Below are positions 28,082 through 36,745 of a stretch of DNA of 64,000 nucleotides, piece by piece (position 1 is the stretch's first letter; each line of letters starts with the position of its first letter). The translations under genes and the position numbers were made by a program. Source of the DNA: Chloroflexota bacterium (lineage in GTDB: Bacteria > Chloroflexota > Dehalococcoidia > UBA2979). The notes beneath the pieces were generated by a model that did no database searches, was not told the DNA's origin, and worked only from the letters and a program-made list of their open reading frames with translations. The stretch covers positions 1-64,000 of the forward strand of contig JAQCIU010000013.1 of assembly GCA_027593235.1 (NCBI GenBank). The letters run 5' to 3'.

Positions 28082-28758
28082 GCTGGCGGCACCGATGCCG
28101 GCTGCGCCCAGCGCACCTCGCTCAGCGAGGTGACGTGTTCCGGCAGCTCGACGCCCGGGAGCAGGCGGTCGTCCGGGATCGCCGCGTCGATCGTCTGGTG
28201 CAGCGGCACCACGCCCGCCCAGATTGGCAACTCGTAGTCCTCAGGCTCGTCGATCGGGCCGCCGGTGCGAACCTTCGCGGATACCTCGTCGATCGCGATG
28301 CTGAGGATCGTCGTCGCTTTCAACTCCTGCTCGGTCGGCTGGCGCAGCGTCGCCGCGCGACCGGGGACCAGCTCTTCGATGAACCGATCGAGGAGTTCCG
28401 GGCGCTTCGCCGTGTCCTCGATGCGGGCCTCGCCCAACAGCATCACCGAACGGTAGTTCACGGAGTGATGGAAGCCGGAGCGCGCCAGTACCAGGCCGTC
28501 CAGGTGGCTCACGGTGAGGCAGACGGGGGCGCCCTCGGCGGCGCGAAGCATGTTGCTGGCGCTCGATCCGTGCCAGTACACGCGGTCACCCTCGCGCCAG
28601 TACAGCGTGGGCGTCACCATCGGCTGCCCGTCGATCACGTAGCCCACGTGGCAGAGGACGCCCCCATCGAGGATCGCGTCGATCGCTGCCCGGTCGTAGC
28701 ACCCACGCGTCGGTGATCGCCGCAGCCGCGTTCGCTTCGTTGGTGCCTCGTCCGCCAT
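28078..28758 (-). CDS. Pyridoxamine 5'-phosphate oxidase-like (NimA-like) flavin-binding protein
   Basis: YWHGS, DGLVLARSGFHHSVNYRSV, SAKVRTG, WAGVVP. Confidence 0.9.
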   Translation of the reverse strand: MADEAPTKRTRLRRSPTRGCYDRAAIDAILDGGVLCHVGYVIDGQPMVTPTLYWREGDRVYWHGSSASNMLRAAEGAPVCLTVSHLDGLVLARSGFHHSVNYRSVMLLGEARIEDTAKRPELLDRFIEELVPGRAATLRQPTEQELKATTILSIAIDEVSAKVRTGGPIDEPEDYELPIWAGVVPLHQTIDAAIPDDRLLPGVELPEHVTSLSEVRWAQPASVPPA

Positions 28759-28924
28759 CGCATGTCCCCGTCCAGTAATCGCCGTTGCTCGCCGGCTTGC
28801 CGCTCCCGCGAGCAGCGCAGGGTATCGAGCTTGCCCCTCCATCGCACGCCGGATTCGGACCAGCATCGGGTCACCTGCCACAACGACCATCAGCACTGGA
28901 CCCACTCCGTACAATGGCCGCGTC

Positions 28925-29749
28925 ATGAGCACGTATCGGGACGAACGTCCCTCGATCGCCTCCCTCCTCACCACCGACATCCGCTTCGGCCGCGCTGATC
29001 TCCATGTTGAAACCAACCGGGGCGAGGGCGCGGCCGACCTCGAAGCGATTCTTCAGCGCACCGAGCAACGCGCCGAACTCGATTTGATCGCAATCGCCGA
29101 CCGCGATCGGATCGACAGTTCCCTCGATGCCCGCGAGCGGGCGGTCCGCGACGGGCTCAGTTTCGAGGTGGTGCCGGGGATGCTGGTTACGAGCACCGAC
29201 GGCCCGCTCCTGGCGCTCTGGGTCGAGGAGGCCGTGCCTGCGGGCGCGTCCGCCGCACACACGATCGAGGCTATTCACCGCCTCGGTGGACTCGCGATCG
29301 TGCCGCACCCGTTCGCACGCTGGCGGCGCTCAATCGGTCGCGCGGACCTCGAGGCGCTGCTCAGCTCGGACGATCCGGCGATCCACCCGGATGCGATCCA
29401 GGTCGCCAGCGGCTCCGCGCGGGCCAGCTCCGGAGCGGCGCGCGCGCTGGAGTTGAACGCGAAGCGCTATCACCTGGCCGAGATCGGGGCGAGCAACGCA
29501 GTGTTCGCCGAACGGATCGCAAGCGCCTATACACTCTTCCCGGGTACGCTGCGTCCCGCCGTGCGGGCAGCCGAACTCCGTGTTGCCATCGAAAACGGGA
29601 CCGCGCGGGCGGGCCGGGGGCAGCGCGCACCACTCCGTCAGATCGGCTGGCGACGTATCGCCGAACAACGCGGCCGCGAGGTCGGGTTTGCCTCGCGCCG
29701 ATCGGTGCCCGCCTGGGCCGAACGGCTTGCGTTAGGGGGATCGCGATGA
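28925..29749 (+). CDS. PHP-fold protein with degenerate metal-binding motifs
   Basis: ADLHVET, IAIADRD, GGLAIVPHPF, GASNA align with PHP motifs; ATGA overlap with the next gene. Confidence 0.8.
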   Translation: MSTYRDERPSIASLLTTDIRFGRADLHVETNRGEGAADLEAILQRTEQRAELDLIAIADRDRIDSSLDARERAVRDGLSFEVVPGMLVTSTDGPLLALWVEEAVPAGASAAHTIEAIHRLGGLAIVPHPFARWRRSIGRADLEALLSSDDPAIHPDAIQVASGSARASSGAARALELNAKRYHLAEIGASNAVFAERIASAYTLFPGTLRPAVRAAELRVAIENGTARAGRGQRAPLRQIGWRRIAEQRGREVGFASRRSVPAWAERLALGGSR

Positions 29750-30930
29750 AGATCGCACTTGTATCGCCCTACGACTGGCTCACGCCCGGCGGGGTCAATG
29801 GCCACATCGGCCAACTGGCCGAGGAGTTCGCGGCACGCGGCCACGAGGTGCTGATCCTCGCGCCCGCGAGTGGGCGGGTCGCCGACCCTCGGGTGCGCGT
29901 CATGGGGCGCCCGATCTCTGTCCCCGCGTCCGGCTCCACAGCTCGCATCGCCCTCAATCCCACGCTCGGGCACCAGGTGAAGCGATTCCTGGAAGAGGAA
30001 CACTTCGATGTAGTGCACGTCCATGAGCCGCTGATGCCGGTCCTTCCGATCCACGTCCTTCGCCACTCGAAGGCCGCGAACGATCGGGTGATCAACGTCG
30101 GCACGTTCCACGCCCGCAAGGACGGTGGCAACCGCCTGTACGGCTACGGCCGCCGCCTGCTCAAGCGCTGGTTCCGCGAACTGGACGGCAAGATCGCCGT
30201 TTCGCCGCCGGCCGCGCAGTACGTCGGCGAGTACTTCCCCGGCTTTTACAACGTGATCCCGAATGGCCTTGATATCGAGCGGTTCGCGAACCCACTGCTC
30301 GAACCGCTCGCCGAGTTCGACGACAACCTGATCAACATCCTCTACGTCGGGCGCGCGGAGAAACGGAAGGGTCTCGCCTACCTGATCCGTGCTTTCGGCG
30401 TAGTCAACGCCCGCGATCCCAACACCCGACTGATCATCGTCGGTCCAGACTCCCGCACCCGGCGTCGCTACGAGGCTTCCGTGCGCCACAGCGGTCAGCG
30501 CAACATCGTCTTCGCGCCGGGGCCCTCAAACGAGCAACTCCCCCGCTACCATCGCAGCTCGCACATTTTCTGCGCGCCAGCGCTCGGGAATGAGTCACAG
30601 GGATATGTCATTCTCGAAGCCATGGCTGCGGGCCTCCCGATCGTCGCGTCGAACATCGAGGGTTACGCCTCGGTGGTGACGCACGGCGTCGATGGGTTGT
30701 TGGTCCGCCCGAAGGACACGCTCGGCCTTGCCGATGCGCTCACGCTGCTGGTCCGCGACAAATCCAAGCGCGACGCGCTGGCCGAGGGTGGCCGGGTGCG
30801 CGTGGAGGACTACTCCTGGCCGCGCGTGACGCAGCAGCTCCTCTCCTACTACGACCGACTGCTGGATCAGCACCACACCTGGGAGCAGGCACGCGCACGC
30901 GCGCGACTGCGCCGCCTGATGCGCGCATGA
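29746..30930 (+). CDS. GT4 glycosyltransferase, PimA-like phosphatidylinositol mannosyltransferase
   Basis: MKIALVSPYD..PGGV..H, VHVHEP, GR.EKRKG, ESQGYVILEAMAAG. Confidence 0.85.
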   Translation: MKIALVSPYDWLTPGGVNGHIGQLAEEFAARGHEVLILAPASGRVADPRVRVMGRPISVPASGSTARIALNPTLGHQVKRFLEEEHFDVVHVHEPLMPVLPIHVLRHSKAANDRVINVGTFHARKDGGNRLYGYGRRLLKRWFRELDGKIAVSPPAAQYVGEYFPGFYNVIPNGLDIERFANPLLEPLAEFDDNLINILYVGRAEKRKGLAYLIRAFGVVNARDPNTRLIIVGPDSRTRRRYEASVRHSGQRNIVFAPGPSNEQLPRYHRSSHIFCAPALGNESQGYVILEAMAAGLPIVASNIEGYASVVTHGVDGLLVRPKDTLGLADALTLLVRDKSKRDALAEGGRVRVEDYSWPRVTQQLLSYYDRLLDQHHTWEQARARARLRRLMRA

Positions 30931-30991
30931 CCGATCGCCGCCGCCGACTCGCCCTCGCTGACCACTCGCGCACCAACGAAATACACGCCGG

Positions 30992-31582
30992 ATGAAGCTC
31001 CTCCCGACCCGCATCTCCGCGGAACGCCTCGCGCCGATCGTCGGTGTGTTCGTCGCGCTGGGAGTGACCCCAAACATGATTACGGTGGCCGGGCTGCTTG
31101 GGAGCATCGCGGCGGCCGTCGCGGTCGCCGATGGGCGGCTGCTCCTCGGTGGGGTGCTGGTGCTGGTGTTTGGCGGGCTCGACATGTTCGACGGGGCGGT
31201 CGCGCGGGCGACGGGGAAGGCGACGCCGTTCGGGGCGCTGTTCGACTCGGTGCTCGACCGGCTCTCCGAGGCGGTCGTGCTCGGCGGGATCCTGGTCTAC
31301 GAGCTGGATCGCGGGAACCAGGAGGAGACGATCCTCGCGTTCGCGGCGGTGGTTGGGTCGATCCTAGTGTCGTACGTGCGCGCGCGCGCCGAGGGCCTCG
31401 ACGTTTCGATGACCAGCGGGCTGTTCACGCGCCCGGAACGGGTGATCCTCACGGGGGCGGCGCTGATCCTGGGGCTGCTGCGCCCCGCGCTCTGGATCCT
31501 TGCGGTAGTGACGCTGGTCACTGTGGCACAACGGGTCGACACTGCACGTCGGCTGCTGGCGGAGGAAACGAGCGCCCAGTAG
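30992..31582 (+). CDS. CDP-alcohol phosphatidyltransferase (PI/PIP synthase-like)
   Basis: TPNMIT, DMFDGAVAR..G...FGALFDSVLDR, SYVRARAE, RPER. Confidence 0.9.
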   Translation: MKLLPTRISAERLAPIVGVFVALGVTPNMITVAGLLGSIAAAVAVADGRLLLGGVLVLVFGGLDMFDGAVARATGKATPFGALFDSVLDRLSEAVVLGGILVYELDRGNQEETILAFAAVVGSILVSYVRARAEGLDVSMTSGLFTRPERVILTGAALILGLLRPALWILAVVTLVTVAQRVDTARRLLAEETSAQ

Positions 31583-31630
31583 CCCGCGTCCATTGCGCGC
31601 AGCGCGAGGCGTCGAGGAGGGTCGAGGACC

Positions 31631-32488
31631 ATGGTCAAGCCGGCGAGCCCGATGGACCGCGAGGATGCGACCCAGGTCGCGCAGTACCTGTCTCAGCGCA
31701 TGGCGGCGCCGGTCAGCTTCGACGTCTGGACGCGCCAGGAGTCTGGGCTGGTGCGCACGGACCGCGACACCTGCAACCACTGTGGCGACGCGCTGGAACT
31801 GGCGCGCCAACTGGGCAGCCTGCACCCCGCGCTGCGGATCACCGCCTACGACCTCGATAAGCACGCGTCGCGCGCCGAGGAGGCGGGGATCACGCTCGCG
31901 CCAACGACGATCCTGCGCGGGAACGGGCGGTCGATCCGCCTCGTGGGGCTGTTCTCCGGGCTGCTCTTCCCGGCGCTCCTCGACATCATCTGGTTCCTCT
32001 CGCGCGGCGAAGCGCCGCTGCCGGAGGAGACGCGTATCGGCGCCGCCGAACTCGGAGCGGTCGAGATCGAGGCGATGCTGGCGCCCTACGACCCCTATTC
32101 AGCGCACATGGCGCGTCTGCTCGGCGCATTCGCGGTCGAGTCGAAGGCGATCAAGCTGCAACTGACGGAGATCGCCGAACTCCCGGTGCTTGCCAGCCAG
32201 CGGGCGGTCACGGAGGTGCCGATTGTGAGCATCAACGGCCGACGCTTCTCCGGGGCCTGGGACGATGCGCCGCTGCTCGAGCAGATTCAGCGGGTGATCG
32301 CGGGCAACACCGACGCCGTGATTCGCGACCGCGTCCTTGCCTCCGAGTTCCTCACCGAGGAGCAGGCGATCCAGCGAGCACGCGAAGCCGCGCAGCGGGA
32401 GCAGGGGACGGGCGGCATGACTGCCCCGACACCGGGGAACGCGGGTGGCCAGGCATCACCGGGTGGTCTGATCATCCCGGGGCGCTAG
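31631..32488 (+). CDS. Two-domain thioredoxin-fold protein (PDO / AhpF N-terminal-domain-like)
   Basis: N-terminal CNHC; second fold carries DPYS where a CxxC is expected, plus VTEVP..ING. Confidence 0.75.
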   Translation: MVKPASPMDREDATQVAQYLSQRMAAPVSFDVWTRQESGLVRTDRDTCNHCGDALELARQLGSLHPALRITAYDLDKHASRAEEAGITLAPTTILRGNGRSIRLVGLFSGLLFPALLDIIWFLSRGEAPLPEETRIGAAELGAVEIEAMLAPYDPYSAHMARLLGAFAVESKAIKLQLTEIAELPVLASQRAVTEVPIVSINGRRFSGAWDDAPLLEQIQRVIAGNTDAVIRDRVLASEFLTEEQAIQRAREAAQREQGTGGMTAPTPGNAGGQASPGGLIIPGR

Positions 32489-32537
32489 CCGATCCGCCGC
32501 TCGCCGCTCTGGCGCGAGTTGGTCAGGCCCTCGGCGG

Positions 32538-33926
32538 TTAGGCGCGCCCTCGGCGGGACAGCGCGAAGGCGCTGCCACCCAGGGCCGCGACGATCAGCAG
32601 GGTCACGAGCGCGACGATGATCCCGCTTGCTCCGCTCCCGCCATCGCTTCCGCCGTCGCTGCTGTCGGCCCCGGATGCGCCAGACGTGGCGGTCCCAGCC
32701 GCCCCCGCTCCGCTGCGCGGCGCCGCCGCGACCGAGGTCGGGATCGCCAGTGGCGCACGCGTCGCCTCGGCGCCCGGCACGGCCGTGCCGGCAGCGCTCG
32801 AACCGAAGTCGATCGCCGTCATGCCGTTGGCCTCGCGCCAGAGGTTGTAGAGGCCGTTCTGATCGACGCCGTAGACGGCCATCAACGCGTCGTCGGTCGG
32901 CGAACCGGCCTTGATGGTGCGGTAGACCTCGGCAAATGCTTCCTCGCCGAAGTTCGAGACCATGAAGTCGACGGTCGACCAGGACTGTCCGTAGAAGAGG
33001 TTGATGAGGCTCGCCTCGTTGGCGGGCGACTGGAGCGATCGCAGGTTGAGCGGCGCGCCGGTCTCGATGGCGAAGCGGATCGCCGAGCTATAGCCGGAGC
33101 CCGGGGTGTTCTGCATGTAGACCGCGGTGCCCTCGTCGAGCCAGGACGGCACGCGGGTGAACGCTCCGTCGCCAGCCACCTTGGTGACGATGTGCGCGGT
33201 TTCGTGGCGGATCACGTCAACATCCGGGGTGAAGACGAAGATCAGATCAGGCGCGACGCGCTGACCGCCAGTCACGACCTGCGAGTCGAAGGTCTCACCG
33301 CGCGGCTGTCGCGCCAGATCGCCATCGGACTCGGACGCCCAGACCATGACCTTGACGGGGTATTCGACGGTCGCCTCGAGCAGGGCCTCGGTGTCCGCCA
33401 GCGATGAGCGTGTGGCCTCGAAGGCGAGGTCGGCGCGATCCTGGTTGCTGCCATACCAGTAGACGGTGACGGCGCCTTCGGTGCGGTTCTGCCAGTCGTA
33501 GCGGCCGTCGAGGAAGACGAACGACTCCTCGTCGGTGGTCACCTTCGTGCCGTCGCGATCGGTCAGTTCCCACTGGATCACGAATTCGGAGCCGACCGGG
33601 ATGTAGCGGCTGGCGGTGACGGTCCCGAGCGTGAAGGTGACGTCGGTCCGAGTTGCCGGAACGAACTCCGCGACCCCGCCGCCACCGACATTGCCGTCCG
33701 GGTTGAGCACTTTGTAGATGAAGCGGGCCGACTCCAGGCTCGACGGCGCTTCGACGCTCACGCGGAAGCTGACTTCGCGCGGATCCGCGCTCTCGATCCG
33801 CGTCTCGCCGGCCGTGATGCTGCCCGCGCGCGCCGATTGTGGGGCGATCGCCAGCACCGCTGCCAGCGCCAGCGCGAATAGGCCGAGGGCAGTCGCGACC
33901 CTCGCGGTGCCAGGGGTGCGGATCAC
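32538..33926 (-). CDS. Membrane-anchored peptidase MA-like metalloprotease
   Basis: Signal peptide, HETAH, PSWLDEGTAVY, low-complexity linker, C-terminal TM helix and basic tail. Confidence 0.82.
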   Translation of the reverse strand: MIRTPGTARVATALGLFALALAAVLAIAPQSARAGSITAGETRIESADPREVSFRVSVEAPSSLESARFIYKVLNPDGNVGGGGVAEFVPATRTDVTFTLGTVTASRYIPVGSEFVIQWELTDRDGTKVTTDEESFVFLDGRYDWQNRTEGAVTVYWYGSNQDRADLAFEATRSSLADTEALLEATVEYPVKVMVWASESDGDLARQPRGETFDSQVVTGGQRVAPDLIFVFTPDVDVIRHETAHIVTKVAGDGAFTRVPSWLDEGTAVYMQNTPGSGYSSAIRFAIETGAPLNLRSLQSPANEASLINLFYGQSWSTVDFMVSNFGEEAFAEVYRTIKAGSPTDDALMAVYGVDQNGLYNLWREANGMTAIDFGSSAAGTAVPGAEATRAPLAIPTSVAAAPRSGAGAAGTATSGASGADSSDGGSDGGSGASGIIVALVTLLIVAALGGSAFALSRRGRA

Positions 33927-35057
33927 GAGGCGACGGCCGTGTCGTCAATGCCGACCTGGCTCCGCAGGTAGTCGTAGATGAACTCGTCGATGGCGCCATC
34001 GAGGACGGCGCCGGTGTCGCTGGTCTCGGTGCTGGTGCGCAAGTCTTTCACCATCCGGTACGGCTGCAGCACGTAGGAACGAATCTGGTTGCCCCAGCCC
34101 GCGTCCACGTGCACGCCCTTGATCTCCGCCCGTTCCGCTTCGACACGCTCGATCTCGAGTTCGAGGAGCCGTGACTCCAGTACGAGCATCGCGCTCTCGC
34201 GGTTTCGATTCTGCGATCGCTCATTCTGACAGGTGACCACAATCCCGCTGGGGATGTGTGTGATCCGCACCGCAGTGTCGTTCTTCTGGACGTTCTGGCC
34301 ACCGTTGCCGCTGGCGCGGTAGGTATCGATCCGCAGATCGTCCGAGTTGATCTCGACGCTGATATCGCCCTCGGAGGCCTCGGGCATCACCTCGACCAGC
34401 GCGAAGCTGGTGTGGCGCGAATGGGACGAGTCGAAGGGTGAGATGCGCACCAGGCGGTGGACGCCGCGCTCGGACCGGAGGAGGCCGTAGGTGTTGTCGC
34501 CTGCGATGCGGATCTCGACGGACTTCAGCCCGGCCTCATCGCCGTTGCTGATCGAGAGAATTTCCGTCTTGAAGCCGTGCCGATCGGCCCAGCGCAGGTA
34601 CATGCGGAGCATCATCTCCGCCCAGTCCTGCGCCTCGGTGCCGCCCGCGCCCGCGTGAATCGCGAGCATCGCGTTGCGGTCGTCGTAGTCGCCGCTGAGG
34701 GTCAACTCAACCTCGAGGGCGTCGAACTCACGCTCGAGCTTGACCAGCTCGGCGTCGAGGTCCCGCGCCAACGCCGCGAGCTCGTCCTCGTCGTCGATCG
34801 CCTCGGCCATTGCGAGGAACTCCTGGATGTCACTCGAGCCGGTCTCCAGCACGTTCCAGGTGTTCACGAGGTGTTCGAGGCGTGCAATTTCCTTCATGAC
34901 GCGCTGCGCGCGCTTCTGGTCGTTCCACAGATCGGGGGCCTGCGATTGCTCGCGGCGTTCGGCTAGACGGCGTTCCTGTGCGGGCAGGTCAAAGTCGCAC
35001 CTGCACATCCCGCACGCGCTCGAGTAGCTCGGCGACTCGCTGTCGAAGTTCGTCCAT
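33923..35057 (-). CDS. prfB: Peptide chain release factor 2 (programmed +1 frameshift)
   Basis: MDELRQRVAELLERVRDVQVRL-(CTT TGA C)-DLPAQ...; SPF motif, GGQ, WGNQIRSY. Confidence 0.96.
34988..35003 (-). other. prfB +1 frameshift site with internal SD
   Basis: Minus strand reads CAGGTGCGA CTT TGA C, the canonical RF2 layout. Confidence 0.9.
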
Positions 35058-35153
35058 CGTCGTTCCATCGTCGCATGGACAGCGGATTCAAGGGAATGGA
35101 GAACGCCCCGGCTGGATGAACCAGCAGGAACGTCCTGCTTGCGCCGCGGCAGT

Positions 35154-36035
35154 TCAGCTCGCGGCTCGCGCCGCCTTCAGGGCGTTCACGAGCAGCATCG
35201 CGCGGGTCATCGGGCCGACGCCACCGGGCACGGGCGTGATCGCGCTGGCGATCTCCTTCACCGCGTCGAAGTCCACGTCTCCCGCCAGGCGGAAGCCGGC
35301 CTTCTTCGAGGGGTCGTCGACGCGGTTCGTCCCGACATCGATCACCACCGCTCCCGGCTGGACCATGTCCGCCGTGATCAGGTTCCGCCGCCCAGCGGCA
35401 GCGACGAGGATGTCGGCCTCCCGGGTGACGCTGCCGAGGTCGCTGGTCCCGGTGTGCGCGATCGTCACCGTCGCGTTCGCACCGGCCGCCTTCGCAGAGA
35501 GCAGCATGGCGAGTGGCCGCCCGACGAGGATCGAGCGCCCAACAATCACCACCCGCTTCCCGGCGGGATCGATGCCGCTGCGCAGCAGCAACTGCTGGAT
35601 GCCGGACGGTGTCGCGGGGATGAACACTGGCGCGCCCTGCACGAGCCGGCCGAGGCTGGTCGGCCCCAGTCCATCCGCGTCCTTGCCAGCATCCAGCGTC
35701 GCGTCGACGAGAGCGTCATCCACACCCGGCGGTAATGGCTTCTGGACGATCACGCCGTCGACGGCGTCGTTCGCGTTGAGGCCACGGACGACCGCGAGGA
35801 TCTCGGCCTGGGTCGCGGTCGCGGGGAGCGCGACGGTGTCGCTGGTCATCCCGACCTCGGCGCAATCGCGGTGCTTGAGGCGGACGTAGGTCGCGGACGC
35901 GGCGTCGTCACCGACGAGGACGGCGGTCAGGTGCGGCGGGCGGCGCCCGGCGGCGACCAGCTCCGCGACGCCTGCGGCGACCTCGGCGCGTACCTCCGCC
36001 GCAATCGCGTTGCCATCGATAATGCGTGCCGCCAC
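35154..36035 (-). CDS. folD: Methylenetetrahydrofolate dehydrogenase/cyclohydrolase
   Basis: IIDG, YVRLK, KDADG, GRSILVGRP, ITPVPGGVGPMT. Confidence 0.96.
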   Translation of the reverse strand: MAARIIDGNAIAAEVRAEVAAGVAELVAAGRRPPHLTAVLVGDDAASATYVRLKHRDCAEVGMTSDTVALPATATQAEILAVVRGLNANDAVDGVIVQKPLPPGVDDALVDATLDAGKDADGLGPTSLGRLVQGAPVFIPATPSGIQQLLLRSGIDPAGKRVVIVGRSILVGRPLAMLLSAKAAGANATVTIAHTGTSDLGSVTREADILVAAAGRRNLITADMVQPGAVVIDVGTNRVDDPSKKAGFRLAGDVDFDAVKEIASAITPVPGGVGPMTRAMLLVNALKAARAAS

Positions 36036-36185
36036 GGTTCCCCCTGCCCTGCTCGAAGCGCGAGTATCGCACGCGTCACAGCCAGTCCCCAGCCGCCTCG
36101 GATGGTGCGCGGCGGCCTCGTGGCGGTGGTGAGCGCGGCGGCGCGGCGTCGTCGGAGGGTGAGCGTCCCTGATAGATTCAGCGGC

Positions 36186-36680
36186 GTGACTACACATTCC
36201 GTTGGCATCGACATGATCGAACTGGATCGCGTGCGCGCGGTGCTCAAGAAGTACCCGGAGCGCTTCATCCACCGCGTCTTCACACCCGCCGAGGCCGCGT
36301 TTTGCCGCGGTCGGGTTCCCGAGCTGGCTGCCCGCTTCGCCGCCAAGGAGGCGGTGATGAAGGCACTGGGCACCGGCGCCCGCTCCGTCGCCTGGCGCGA
36401 AATCGAGGTGCTCCCCGACCGCCGAGGAAAACCGCTTGTCTACCTCTACGGCGGCGCGCGTACCCGCGCCGACTTCATCGGCCTCGAGGCGATCGACATT
36501 TCGCTGACGCACCTCGATTCGTTCGCCGTCGCCTCGGTCGTCTGCACGCAGCGGATCCGTGAGCAGGAGCCCGAGGAGGCGCGGCCTCGGCTGATCGCGC
36601 GTCTCAAGCAGCGCGGGTTGCTGGTGGACGACGACGGCGAGGAGCGCCTGCCGGACGTGCTCCCGCCGATCCGCAAGTAG
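36186..36680 (+). CDS. acpS: Holo-ACP synthase with a C-terminal extension of about 40 aa
   Basis: VGIDMIE, ARFAAKEAVMKALGTG, GKP, ISLTH; TGaTAGATT 7 nt before the GTG. Confidence 0.93.
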   Translation: MTTHSVGIDMIELDRVRAVLKKYPERFIHRVFTPAEAAFCRGRVPELAARFAAKEAVMKALGTGARSVAWREIEVLPDRRGKPLVYLYGGARTRADFIGLEAIDISLTHLDSFAVASVVCTQRIREQEPEEARPRLIARLKQRGLLVDDDGEERLPDVLPPIRK

Positions 36681-36745
36681 TCTCGCCCCGCGGGGCAGCC
36701 CGACCAGCACCGCCAATCCCAGCAGCACCGAGAAGGTCCAGCACC

